From: an uncultured bacterium
Lineage (GTDB): Bacteria; Patescibacteriota; Minisyncoccia; Phycocordibacterales; JAACPR01
Direction: 5' to 3'
DNA length: 45,370 nt
Assembly (NCBI GenBank): GCA_937858275.1
Contig: CALLZK010000021.1
Coordinates: 1 to 45,370 of the forward strand
Part shown: in pieces, positions 1 to 8,578 of the stretch
Layout: each line of letters opens with the position of its first letter
How positions within the stretch are numbered: the first letter of the stretch is position 1
Notes under the pieces: model-generated
Database searches by the model: none
What the model saw: the letters and a program-made list of their open reading frames with translations, nothing else
What the model was told of the DNA's origin: nothing
Program-made: the position numbers and the translations under genes

Positions 1-2424
1 ATCTTCGTTTGTGATTGAGATTGTTGGGGCTGGTAAGGCAGTTCCACTACCATCATCAGCTCCAGAACCCCCATCAGTTCCAGAACCGCCATCAGTTCCA
101 GAACCGCCGCCGTCACCAGTTCCAGAACCGCCTCCACCGTCAGTTGGAGTTGTCTTATTTCTTGTACAATTAGTTGATGTGCCCCCGTTTAACCCATTAC
201 ATGTCCATGTCCAAGAATTTGCATTTGTATTTATGGAAGATGCCTGTCCAGATGAACACAAAGGTGCTACTGGTGCAGTTGTTCCGTCTGTTGTAGCTGT
301 AGGATGGCATTGACCATTTGTCGGTGATGTATTTGCCAAAACAGTTATATCCCAAGTCATAATTCCACCATTAAAATTTCTATTTATTCTACCAGGAACA
401 CCTTCAAAACCCATAAATGCATTTACAGGCTTACCGCTTGCAACACCACATCCTGGATTATTGTTACCAGTATTGTTACTTGTAACCGCAGTTCTAACAT
501 TGGTATATATACAACCAAACAATGTGGCTGATCCAGAATTTACATTTGCTGTAATTTTTGTGGTTCCAGCAGACTGAGCAGTACATTCCCATTTAACATT
601 ACTAATTTTTGTACAAGAAAGATTTGAATTATTTAATGCTAAATCAGCACTTAAACGTGGTCCATTTATTCTCATGACAGCAGTTCTATTTCCGTCTCTA
701 ACAGATAAATTGGTACCACAATTTGGAGTATCCCAAGCTCCACCAGATGCATTATATGTGCAAGATGATGCCAATTCAACATATACCTTTTGTCCTATTT
801 GCAATGTTGTTCCATTATTACCCAGCAATCGACCGGTAATATTTCTAGTAGCTGTTCCGTTTTTAAATGCAGTTCTTGTATCTCCAGCAGATGTATATCC
901 AACACTAAAATTAAAAGAGTGTGATAATGCCCTGTTTGTTCCTGATATGACAGGTTGTGCAAATCCAATTTTTGGTCCATTAAAAATGGTATAAATTCCC
1001 AAAAACAAAAATACGATAAGCAAAACAGAGAGCAATGCAATTGTTATTGATCTTAATTTACCACTCTTAATTTTTGAATAAACCAATACCAATAAAGCTA
1101 ATGTTATTATTGCCAAAAATAAGTAAACCAGATAAAACATTGAGAAAATTTCACAAGATAAAGGATCAATTACTTTGCAATCATACTCAGCTGTGTAAGT
1201 GTCTAAAATGTTTCCTTCAGAGTCGGTAATTTCTGAAACCAATTTAACATAATTTAATTTTTCTAATGCCGCAACATTAATTGCTGCTGCCTCAACCTCA
1301 CTTGAAATTGGAGTTTTATAATTTCCAGAACTAATTAAATTTCCTTTTTTATCAAAGAGTTTTAAAGAAATATTTTTTAATTCATCTGAACCAATAGAGG
1401 TATTGTGATAACAAATAAATGCTCTAAATTCTTCACCTTTTTTAATTGGAAAAGATGTTATTGCCTGATAATTTATCCTATCTTTTCCAACACCATTTGA
1501 AACCATAAGTGTGTCTCCCCACTCTCCGTCTTGAGATATAAAATCGTATCCAGTGGTCAAAAATCTAATATTTACCAGTGACTGGTATTCTTCGCCAGAA
1601 ATAGAAATTTTCAAATAATATACTGATCTGTCTATATTTTCTACATTATATGTCAAATTGAAGGTGGAATTTGGTAAAATTTTAACTTTTTCAATATTTG
1701 TCTTTATTAAATCTTCTTCTCTTAAACTATCCCAATAGTACAAATCGTATTTTATATTTAGTTCGATTTCTTTATCAAGCAAATTTTTTACTGGTTGGGA
1801 AATGGAAACATTTGAATTTTTTTCAAATTCTGGCCAATTACCAATATGAACATATGTTTGACCATTTATACTGGTCATAGTTCTATCTATAACGAAAGGA
1901 GTTTTTGTATTTGACATTATTTCAAATGTAGAAAAACCGGCTATTATTTCATTTGTAAATGGCAAACCACCCAAATTAAACCTCTTATCTACTGAAAAAA
2001 AATAATCTATTCTGTAGTTACCAGCATCTGAATTTTTTGGCATTTGCCAATTAAAATATATTGGCAAGGAACTTTTCGCTGGTATAGAAACTTTTTCATA
2101 TAGAATTTTTTCTTCGATTATATGATGGCCTTCTGTTTCCCAATTATTATCATTTACCCTACTCAATCTGGCAAATAAATATCCATCGACAATTGGATAG
2201 TCATTAGAATTAGATACTTTTCCAACAAAGTTTATTTTATCACCGGAATTATTTGATACATGTATAGTATCCTGTTCTAATCCTGCGGTCACACTAATAC
2301 TTTGAAATTTATAAAGTCCAGGATCAAAACATTCGACTGGCTGTAAATTATTATCTTGTGCAAAAGTAAAAACTGGTATTACAAATAATAATAAAAAAGC
2401 ACTTAACAATTTTCTAATTTTCAT
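1..2424 (-). CDS. Large (>=808 aa, runs off the left edge) surface protein: signal peptide, beta-rich extracellular region, central two-TM hairpin, second Cys-rich extracellular region, Gly/Ser/Asp linker
   Basis: Missing from the ORF track because there is no stop in the window. I read the minus frame codon by codon from ATG 2424 (MKIRKLLSAFLLLFVIPVFTFAQ) to base 1 and found no stop. Hydrophobic segments MFYLVYLFLAIITLALLVLVYS and ITIALLSVLLIVFLFLGIYTIF lie at about 985-1140. One NGQC..LCSSG..WTWTCNGLNGG..C repeat lies at 166-318. Confidence 0.85.
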   Translation of the reverse strand, partial: MKIRKLLSAFLLLFVIPVFTFAQDNNLQPVECFDPGLYKFQSISVTAGLEQDTIHVSNNSGDKINFVGKVSNSNDYPIVDGYLFARLSRVNDNNWETEGHHIIEEKILYEKVSIPAKSSLPIYFNWQMPKNSDAGNYRIDYFFSVDKRFNLGGLPFTNEIIAGFSTFEIMSNTKTPFVIDRTMTSINGQTYVHIGNWPEFEKNSNVSISQPVKNLLDKEIELNIKYDLYYWDSLREEDLIKTNIEKVKILPNSTFNLTYNVENIDRSVYYLKISISGEEYQSLVNIRFLTTGYDFISQDGEWGDTLMVSNGVGKDRINYQAITSFPIKKGEEFRAFICYHNTSIGSDELKNISLKLFDKKGNLISSGNYKTPISSEVEAAAINVAALEKLNYVKLVSEITDSEGNILDTYTAEYDCKVIDPLSCEIFSMFYLVYLFLAIITLALLVLVYSKIKSGKLRSITIALLSVLLIVFLFLGIYTIFNGPKIGFAQPVISGTNRALSHSFNFSVGYTSAGDTRTAFKNGTATRNITGRLLGNNGTTLQIGQKVYVELASSCTYNASGGAWDTPNCGTNLSVRDGNRTAVMRINGPRLSADLALNNSNLSCTKISNVKWECTAQSAGTTKITANVNSGSATLFGCIYTNVRTAVTSNNTGNNNPGCGVASGKPVNAFMGFEGVPGRINRNFNGGIMTWDITVLANTSPTNGQCHPTATTDGTTAPVAPLCSSGQASSINTNANSWTWTCNGLNGGTSTNCTRNKTTPTDGGGGSGTGDGGGSGTDGGSGTDGGSGADDGSGTALPAPTISITNED
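58..141 (-). repeat. Imperfect 18-24 bp coding tandem repeat (DGGSGT linker)
   Basis: AG(T/C)TCCAGAACC recurs at 58, 76, 94 and 118 and encodes DGGGGSGTGDGGGSGTDGGSGTDGGSGA. Confidence 0.85.
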
Positions 2425-2454
2425 AAATATATTTTAAATTTAATAATATTATTT
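2410..2454 (-). repeat. 45-bp direct repeat, copy 1 (5' leader plus first codons MKIRK)
   Basis: Identical to 3100-3144 (TTTTCTAATTTTCATAAATATATTTTAAATTTAATAATATTATTT on +). Confidence 0.9.
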
Positions 2455-2456
2455 AT

Positions 2457-2510
2457 ATTATACAACAAGAAATCACCGTATCGGTGATTTCTTGTAAATT
2501 ATGTGGATAA
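2457..2510 (-). terminator. 54-bp cassette, copy 1: DnaA-box-like 9-mer, 14-bp hairpin (intrinsic terminator) and TATAAT
   Basis: Stem ACAAGAAATCACCG (2465-2478) / CGGTGATTTCTTGT (2482-2495). TGTGGATAA at 2502-2510. On the minus strand the hairpin is followed by TGTATAAT. Confidence 0.8.
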
Positions 2511-2535
2511 TTATAATATATTTTTACCAATAAAA

Positions 2536-3114
2536 TTATTCCCCCCTGATACAAACAAGCTGACGACTCAGTACTACATTAGAATCAAAATCATCTTTAG
2601 TTGAACATTGTATTCTATAAATACCGGGCTCTACCCAAAATCCAGATTCATCATTATCAAATACTAATGGATCATTAGATGGGGTAAATTCAATTTTTGA
2701 AAACAAAACCATGTTTTGATTTACAGAAAATATATTACAGAAGCCCTCATGAGAAGATGTAACCTTAAATCTAATTGCACATTCTAATTTGGAATAATTT
2801 GCAGAATCTACATCATTATTTAAATTTAAATTATTATCAATTTCTTCATCTGTGATTTTAATTAATATTAATGATTGTGGGGAAATTTCACTTTCTACTT
2901 CATCTGATAATATGTCTATGTAATTTTCATCAAATTCATCAGCATTATTCTGAAATGTTTGATCTGGTGCACAGTCATTTGATGTGTCACCCTTTAAATA
3001 ATCACATTTGGGCATTGTATAATTCCTATCAAAACCGAATATCAAGAAAATAATTAGTCCAAGTAGTACCAAAAAAGAAATTGCGAGAATGGTAGTTATT
3101 TTTCTAATTTTCAT
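2536..3114 (-). CDS. Membrane-anchored protein with a C-terminal 4-Cys domain shared with the neighbouring 656-aa ORF
   Basis: 192-aa ORF with an N-terminal TM (ILAISFLVLLGLIIFLIFGF) and C-terminal CAIRFKVTSSH..C..VEPGIYRIQC..SRQLVCI. Confidence 0.8.
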   Translation of the reverse strand: MKIRKITTILAISFLVLLGLIIFLIFGFDRNYTMPKCDYLKGDTSNDCAPDQTFQNNADEFDENYIDILSDEVESEISPQSLILIKITDEEIDNNLNLNNDVDSANYSKLECAIRFKVTSSHEGFCNIFSVNQNMVLFSKIEFTPSNDPLVFDNDESGFWVEPGIYRIQCSTKDDFDSNVVLSRQLVCIRGE

Positions 3115-3144
3115 AAATATATTTTAAATTTAATAATATTATTT
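3100..3144 (-). repeat. 45-bp direct repeat, copy 2
   Basis: Identical to 2410-2454. Confidence 0.9.
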
Positions 3145-3180
3145 TATAATAAAACACAAAATTTGACTAAATTTTATTGA

Positions 3181-5115
3181 TTACATTTCAACAGGCCCTG
3201 AAGCACCAATACACCTAAGTTGTTTACTATTTGTTTCCTTTTTTGACTCGCCATCAATAGAAATTTCACACTTTACATAATATATACCAGGTAACACAAG
3301 TCTTTCCAGTGATTTTGTGTATTCTGTTGATGGCTCAAAATCCTGAGGTTTAGACATTTGAATTGGTGAATTTGCATTATATATAGCACAAGTACTGGGG
3401 TGGGAAGATTTTACTTCAAATCTGATTATACATTGAGGTGTTGCATATGCAAATGTATTATATGTATCTGTTAAATTTCCCTCACTATCTATATCTTCCT
3501 TAGATATAGATATGTCAAAATCTTGTTTATTTTTTATACATATAACTGTTCCTCCACCTGCAACACCCTCACAATTCCATTTTCTAAAATCAGTTTCTTC
3601 AATCACCTCACTAGGAGATCCCTGCAAACATATTGATTCTGATGGATTAAAATCTCCAGTAACAGTTGCCGTCGGATTACACTGTCCATCTTTTATTTTT
3701 GGTTTTTCACAACTGCTTGATGAACCGTTATTTGCACCAAGACAGTTCCATGTCCAATAATCTGGTGAGTCTTCTTTTAGATTATGATTTAGATTATGAT
3801 ATGTACCAGATGAACATGCGGAATTTGGATTTGGTGGAACTCTTCCTGGCAGTAAATCCCCCGGATTACATTGTCCATCAATCATTTTTGGTCTAGTGCA
3901 ACTTGCTGGTGGCACATTATCTAAAACATTTCTTTCACTAGAACATGTCCAATTCCATGGTCCAGAACCTGTGACAGTTGTAGGTGTTCCAATTGAACAG
4001 AGATCGGCTGGTTCGGTTGGTGGTGGATCCATACTTGGTATTATTGCTGTTGAACTACAACGACCAAGCGGTGCAAGTTCTTTCACACAACTAGCTGTTG
4101 CACCATCATTTATACCAACACATGTCCAATTCCATGGACCAGAACCTGTGACAGATGTGGGTGTTCCAATTGAACAGAGATCGGCTGGTTCGGTTGGTGG
4201 TGGATCCATACTTGGTATTATTGCTGTGGAACTACAACGACCATCCACACATGATCGACTAGTCGGAACATCAGAACATGTTGCCGGATTTGTAGTAGTT
4301 GAATACGAAACCGTATTTGCAGTTTGAAATCCGTTTGTGCAACTGTTCCATGTTGTTACAGCACTTATATAAGTACAAGAATAATTTTTTGCACAACTAA
4401 CAGATGTGCCACCATTTGAACCATTACATTTCCAATTCCATGGACCAGAACCTGTGACAGATGTGGGTGTTCCAGATGAACATAATGGACTTGTTGGTGA
4501 TGTTGTTCCGGAAATTATTGCTGTGGAACTACATTGGCCATTAACCAAAAGAGGTTTTGTACAACTAACAGGTGTGCCTCCATCTGAGCCATTACATGTC
4601 CAATTCCATGGACCAGAACCTGTGACAGATGTGGGTGTTCCAGATGAACATAATGGACTTGTTGGTGATGTTGTTCCGGAAATTATTGCTGTGGAACTAC
4701 ATTGGCCATTAATTGCACAACTATGAGTATTGCAATCTCTAGTTTCTCTATTACCACAACCATCTGTTCTGCTTTGTGTTCCAGTTCCACATGTTGCAGA
4801 ACAAGTGCTCCATGCAGACCAACTTGGTCGACATGCTCTACATATACGATTTGGTTTATTGCTACTACAATCACTAAAGTCATCGCAAAACCAATATTGC
4901 CCCGGAATACCGCTAACATAATTAGCCGGTTTCCAAGTCCAACCCTTTGTGACAAAACCATTTGCAGCACATTTCCAACTGCAAGCTCTTGTTGTATAAT
5001 CAGAAGAAGATGTACTCCAACACTCTTGTACACCCTGAGCAAAAACATTTGTATTTGTTAAAAAAAACATAAAAAAGAAAATTGCTGAGATTAAAAAAAA
5101 CATTTGTCTTTTCAT
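3181..5115 (-). CDS. Secreted Cys-rich repeat adhesin-like protein with a thrombospondin type-1 (TSP1/TSR) repeat
   Basis: ORF extends to 5151; likely start MKRQMFFLISAIFFFMFFLTNTNVFAQ at 5115 (signal peptide). WSAWSTCSATCGTGTQSR motif at 4717-4833. Six roughly 56-60 aa NGQC/GRC..C..G..WxWxC.G...G...C repeats. Confidence 0.85.
   Translation of the reverse strand: MKRQMFFLISAIFFFMFFLTNTNVFAQGVQECWSTSSSDYTTRACSWKCAANGFVTKGWTWKPANYVSGIPGQYWFCDDFSDCSSNKPNRICRACRPSWSAWSTCSATCGTGTQSRTDGCGNRETRDCNTHSCAINGQCSSTAIISGTTSPTSPLCSSGTPTSVTGSGPWNWTCNGSDGGTPVSCTKPLLVNGQCSSTAIISGTTSPTSPLCSSGTPTSVTGSGPWNWKCNGSNGGTSVSCAKNYSCTYISAVTTWNSCTNGFQTANTVSYSTTTNPATCSDVPTSRSCVDGRCSSTAIIPSMDPPPTEPADLCSIGTPTSVTGSGPWNWTCVGINDGATASCVKELAPLGRCSSTAIIPSMDPPPTEPADLCSIGTPTTVTGSGPWNWTCSSERNVLDNVPPASCTRPKMIDGQCNPGDLLPGRVPPNPNSACSSGTYHNLNHNLKEDSPDYWTWNCLGANNGSSSSCEKPKIKDGQCNPTATVTGDFNPSESICLQGSPSEVIEETDFRKWNCEGVAGGGTVICIKNKQDFDISISKEDIDSEGNLTDTYNTFAYATPQCIIRFEVKSSHPSTCAIYNANSPIQMSKPQDFEPSTEYTKSLERLVLPGIYYVKCEISIDGESKKETNSKQLRCIGASGPVEM
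3943..4242 (-). repeat. Near-identical coding tandem duplication, 177-bp period
   Basis: 3943-4065 versus 4120-4242 differ at only a few bases and encode GRCSSTAIIPSMDPPPTEPADLCSIGTPT(T/S)VTGSGPWNWTC. Confidence 0.9.
4431..4712 (-). repeat. Identical 114-bp coding duplication, 168-bp period
   Basis: 4431-4544 equals 4599-4712, compared base by base. Confidence 0.95.
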
Positions 5116-5167
5116 ATTATAATTGTATTTATTTATCATAAAAAATTTCAATAATTAATTAAAAAAC

Positions 5168-5572
5168 CTAATCGTTTTCAGAAAAATTATTTTTAGAATA
5201 GTTTTTCTTTCCATCAACAATATTGATGCATGATTTTTGCATATTTAAATCTGTGATTTTTCGACACAACTCCAAATCAGAATTTTCAATTCCTTTTTTA
5301 TAATTAATCAAAGATAATGTTACATTTTCACAATATTTTTTTTCATTTTCATCTTTCAGGCAATCACAATTTTGTGTATTACCCATATCCGCAGAATCAA
5401 CTACGGTTAAATAAGGATCGCATATTTCATTTTCAGATAAAATATTTGAGGATGTGTCAATTTTGTTTTTATCATTAATTTGAAGAAATAATCCTATCGC
5501 AACCATAACAATAATTAGTAGAAATAAAATAACTAAAGATTTTAGTTGTTTTTGTTTTAATTTATTAGACAT
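5168..5572 (-). CDS. Small membrane-anchored Cys-rich protein
   Basis: Likely start MSNKLKQ (ATG 5572; the ORF track starts at TTG 5593). One N-terminal TM; paired-Cys motifs CDCLKDENEKKYC and CRKITDLNMQKSC. Confidence 0.75.
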   Translation of the reverse strand: MSNKLKQKQLKSLVILFLLIIVMVAIGLFLQINDKNKIDTSSNILSENEICDPYLTVVDSADMGNTQNCDCLKDENEKKYCENVTLSLINYKKGIENSDLELCRKITDLNMQKSCINIVDGKKNYSKNNFSEND

Positions 5573-5581
5573 ATCAATGTA

Positions 5582-5635
5582 ATTATACAACAAAAAACCA
5601 CCGTGTCGGTGGTTTTTTGTAAATTATGTGGATAA
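5582..5635 (-). terminator. 54-bp cassette, copy 2 (fusA terminator plus DnaA-box-like 9-mer and TATAAT)
   Basis: Stem ACAAAAAACCACCG (5590-5603) / CGGTGGTTTTTTGT (5607-5620). TGTGGATAA at 5627-5635. 49/54 identical to 2457-2510. Confidence 0.85.
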
Positions 5636-5650
5636 ACTTATTTTATTTTT

Positions 5651-7798
5651 TTAAATTTTTCCAGATTTTATATTTTCGGCCACATTAGATGGAACTATTT
5701 CGTAATGATCTGGTTCTATTGTCGCAGAAGCACGACCTTGTGTCATCGAGCGAATAATAGTTGTATACCCGAACAATTCTGAAAGTGGAACTTTTGCATG
5801 AATTGTTGTCATACCATTACCGCGATCTTCCATACCTTCCACCTGACCTCTTTTTGAGCTCAAATTTCCAGTCACATCACCTGTAAATTGTTCTGGTGTT
5901 ATAACTTCAACTTTCATAATAGGTTCTAGCAAAACAGGTTTTGCTTTTTGAGCGGCTTCCTTGAAGGCCATTGAGGATGCTAATTTGAAAGCAATTTCTG
6001 AAGAGTCCACATCGTGATATGAACCATCATATAATTCCACAGAAACATCTGTCATTTTATATCCAGCAACAATTCCTCTATCCATTGCCTCTTTGAAACC
6101 TTTTTCACAAGGTGAAATAAATTCTTGAGGAATAGCACCACCCTTTATTGAATTAACAAATTCAAATCCGGCATCTCGTTTAATATTTTTTGGTAAATCT
6201 TCTAATTTTACATCTTTATCCAAAGGCTTAACTCTGATTTTGACATGACCATATTGACCTTTACCTCCAGATTGTTTTATATATTTGTGTTCAGCTTCAG
6301 CTTGACCAATAATTGTTTCTCTATATGCCACTTGTGGTTTTCCAACATCTGCACCAACATTAAATTCTCTCTTCATACGATCAACAATAATCTCTAAGTG
6401 CAATTCTCCCATACCAGAAATAACAGTTTCCCCAGTTTCTGAATCACTATTTACTCTAAAAGTTGGATCTTCATCAGAAAGTCTTTTTAGTGCCATACCC
6501 ATCCTTTCTTGATCAGCTTTTGTTTTTGGTTCTATTTTCATAGAAATAACCGGTTCTGCAAATTGAATTCTATGTAATTCAATAGGATTTGACTCATCAC
6601 ATAAAGTATCAGAAGTTTTTGTGGATTTCAAACCAACAGCTGCAGCAATTTCTCCCGCATAAACAGTTTGAACTTCTTCTCTTTCATTTGCATGCATTCT
6701 CAAAATTCTTCCCAATCTTTCTTTGTCTCCGGTTGTGGAATTATAAACATAAGAACCAGCAGAAATTGTTCCAGAATAAACTCTAAAATAAGTTAATTGA
6801 CCAACATATGGATCTGTTTGTAATTTGAATGCTAAAGCAGAAAAAGATTCTGTATCAGAAGCAATTCTTTCTATTTCTTCTCCTGTTTTTGGATCAAGAC
6901 CTTTTATTGGAGGTATGTCTGTTGGTGCTGGTAAATAATCAACAACAGCATCAAGAACCAGTTGAACTCCGGTATTTTTAAGAGCTGAACCTGTAAATAC
7001 TGGAACTATTTTATTTGCGATAACACCTTTTCTCAAAACAGATTTTAATTCTTCTACAGTTATTTCTTTTCCTTCCAAAAACTTTTCAGTTAATGAATCG
7101 TCTAATTCTGATATACGACTAACTAGTTCTGCATGATATTTTTCTGCTTCTTCTTTTAGTTCTGCTGGTATTTCTTGTTCTATTACAGTATTTCCCATTT
7201 CCCCTTCAAAAGTGAATGCTTTCATTTTTATCAAATCAACAACCCCTTTTAACTCAGATTCTTTTCCCCAAGGGATTTGTGCTCTAACAGCATTTTTTGT
7301 TAGACGATTCAAAATAGATTGGTAGGATCTTTCAAAACTAGCACCGGTTCTATCTAATTTGTTGATAAAACAAATTCTTGGAACTTGATACTTTTCTGCT
7401 TGTCTCCAAACTGTTTCTGATTGCGGTTCAACACCGGCGACACCATCAAAAACAACTACTCCACCGTCCAAAACTTTTAATGATCTCTCCACTTCAGCTG
7501 TAAAATCAACGTGACCGGGTGTATCAATAATATTAAAACGAACTTTTTTTGAAGTATCATCTTTGTTCATGTATGTTGGATTCCAAAAACAAGTTGTAGC
7601 AGCAGCAGTAATTGTAATACCCCTCTCCCTTTCTTGCTCCATCCAATCCATCACAGCTTGACCTTCGTGAACTTCACCTATTTTGTGAGAAACACCGGTA
7701 TAAAACAAAATTCTTTCTGAAGTTGTTGTTTTTCCTGCATCAATGTGAGCAATAATTCCAAAGTTTCTTACTCTTTCTAATGGATAATCTCGTTGCAT
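5651..7798 (-). CDS. fusA: Elongation factor G
   Basis: [41 protein letters not shown] and GMGELHLEI; 715 aa. Confidence 0.99.
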   Translation of the reverse strand: MQRDYPLERVRNFGIIAHIDAGKTTTSERILFYTGVSHKIGEVHEGQAVMDWMEQERERGITITAAATTCFWNPTYMNKDDTSKKVRFNIIDTPGHVDFTAEVERSLKVLDGGVVVFDGVAGVEPQSETVWRQAEKYQVPRICFINKLDRTGASFERSYQSILNRLTKNAVRAQIPWGKESELKGVVDLIKMKAFTFEGEMGNTVIEQEIPAELKEEAEKYHAELVSRISELDDSLTEKFLEGKEITVEELKSVLRKGVIANKIVPVFTGSALKNTGVQLVLDAVVDYLPAPTDIPPIKGLDPKTGEEIERIASDTESFSALAFKLQTDPYVGQLTYFRVYSGTISAGSYVYNSTTGDKERLGRILRMHANEREEVQTVYAGEIAAAVGLKSTKTSDTLCDESNPIELHRIQFAEPVISMKIEPKTKADQERMGMALKRLSDEDPTFRVNSDSETGETVISGMGELHLEIIVDRMKREFNVGADVGKPQVAYRETIIGQAEAEHKYIKQSGGKGQYGHVKIRVKPLDKDVKLEDLPKNIKRDAGFEFVNSIKGGAIPQEFISPCEKGFKEAMDRGIVAGYKMTDVSVELYDGSYHDVDSSEIAFKLASSMAFKEAAQKAKPVLLEPIMKVEVITPEQFTGDVTGNLSSKRGQVEGMEDRGNGMTTIHAKVPLSELFGYTTIIRSMTQGRASATIEPDHYEIVPSNVAENIKSGKI

Positions 7799-7952
7799 AA
7801 ATAATTTTTTATAATTTTAAATTTATTTGAAAATCCCTAAGCGGAATTTTATTATAATGATTAATAAAAAAATTTGGCCCTACCAAATTTGTGCTTTATA
7901 TATTATATGAAAAGGTGTGAAAAGTAAAGAAAAGTTAATTTGTTTGGTAAAC

Positions 7953-8066
7953 AAAAATTACCTAAATTGCTTTTTGAGGTTCTCCGCAGTCTTTTTTGGT
8001 CAAGTGCAACTTGACGAAAAAAGGAAACGAGGACTGAACCGAATAAAAGTAATTTAGGTAATTTTT
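7953..8066. other. About 115-nt rod-like inverted-repeat structure between rpsG and fusA
   Basis: AAAAATTACCTAAATTGC (7953-7970) pairs with GTAATTTAGGTAATTTTT (8049-8066). Nested GGTT/AACC, CAGTC/GACTG, TTTTTT/AAAAAA and GTCAAG/CTTGAC stems. Confidence 0.7.
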
Positions 8067-8073
8067 ATTCACC

Positions 8074-8544
8074 TTACCAAGCAAAGTGTGCGAATGCTTT
8101 GTTTGCTTCTGCCATTTTGTGAACATTTTCTCTTTTTTTGAATGCCTCACCTTCCCCCTTACTTGTCATCAATATTTCATCTGCTAATTTGATATGCATT
8201 GGTTGGCCTTTTTTATTTCTAGCAGCTTCTAATATCCAAGTCATAGCCAAAAATAGCCTTCTTTCCATTCTAACTTCTACAGGTACTTGATAGTTTGCAC
8301 CACCAACTCTCCTAGATCTAATTTCCAAAACTGGAGCGGCATTTTTTAATGCTTGTTCAAAAATTTCTAATGGATCTTCGACTTTTGCTTTTTCTTTTAT
8401 AAGTTCAAAAGTGTCGTAAACTACTTTTTCAGCAACACTTTTTTTGCCATTTTTCATTAAATGATTAATAAATTTTGAAACTTTTACAGAATTATATTTT
8501 GTATCAGGTTTTATTTCGTGTTTTCTCTTTATTGGTTTTCGCAT
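8074..8544 (-). CDS. rpsG: 30S ribosomal protein S7
   Basis: [12 protein letters not shown] and [15 protein letters not shown]. Confidence 0.99.
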   Translation of the reverse strand: MRKPIKRKHEIKPDTKYNSVKVSKFINHLMKNGKKSVAEKVVYDTFELIKEKAKVEDPLEIFEQALKNAAPVLEIRSRRVGGANYQVPVEVRMERRLFLAMTWILEAARNKKGQPMHIKLADEILMTSKGEGEAFKKRENVHKMAEANKAFAHFAW

Positions 8545-8578
8545 ATTTTTTAAAAAATTATTTTTGGAAATTTAAATT

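Noticed and set aside
3943-4712. Repeats as a possible CRISPR array
   Set aside because: The units are 168-177 bp, in frame within a protein and lack unique spacers; no cas genes are present.
11-5061. Plus-strand ORFs 11-313, 674-994, 3512-3760, 3896-4327, 4406-4726, 4702-5061 and similar
   Set aside because: Antisense shadows of Gly/Ser/Thr/Cys-rich repeat genes; no start signals or independent motifs.
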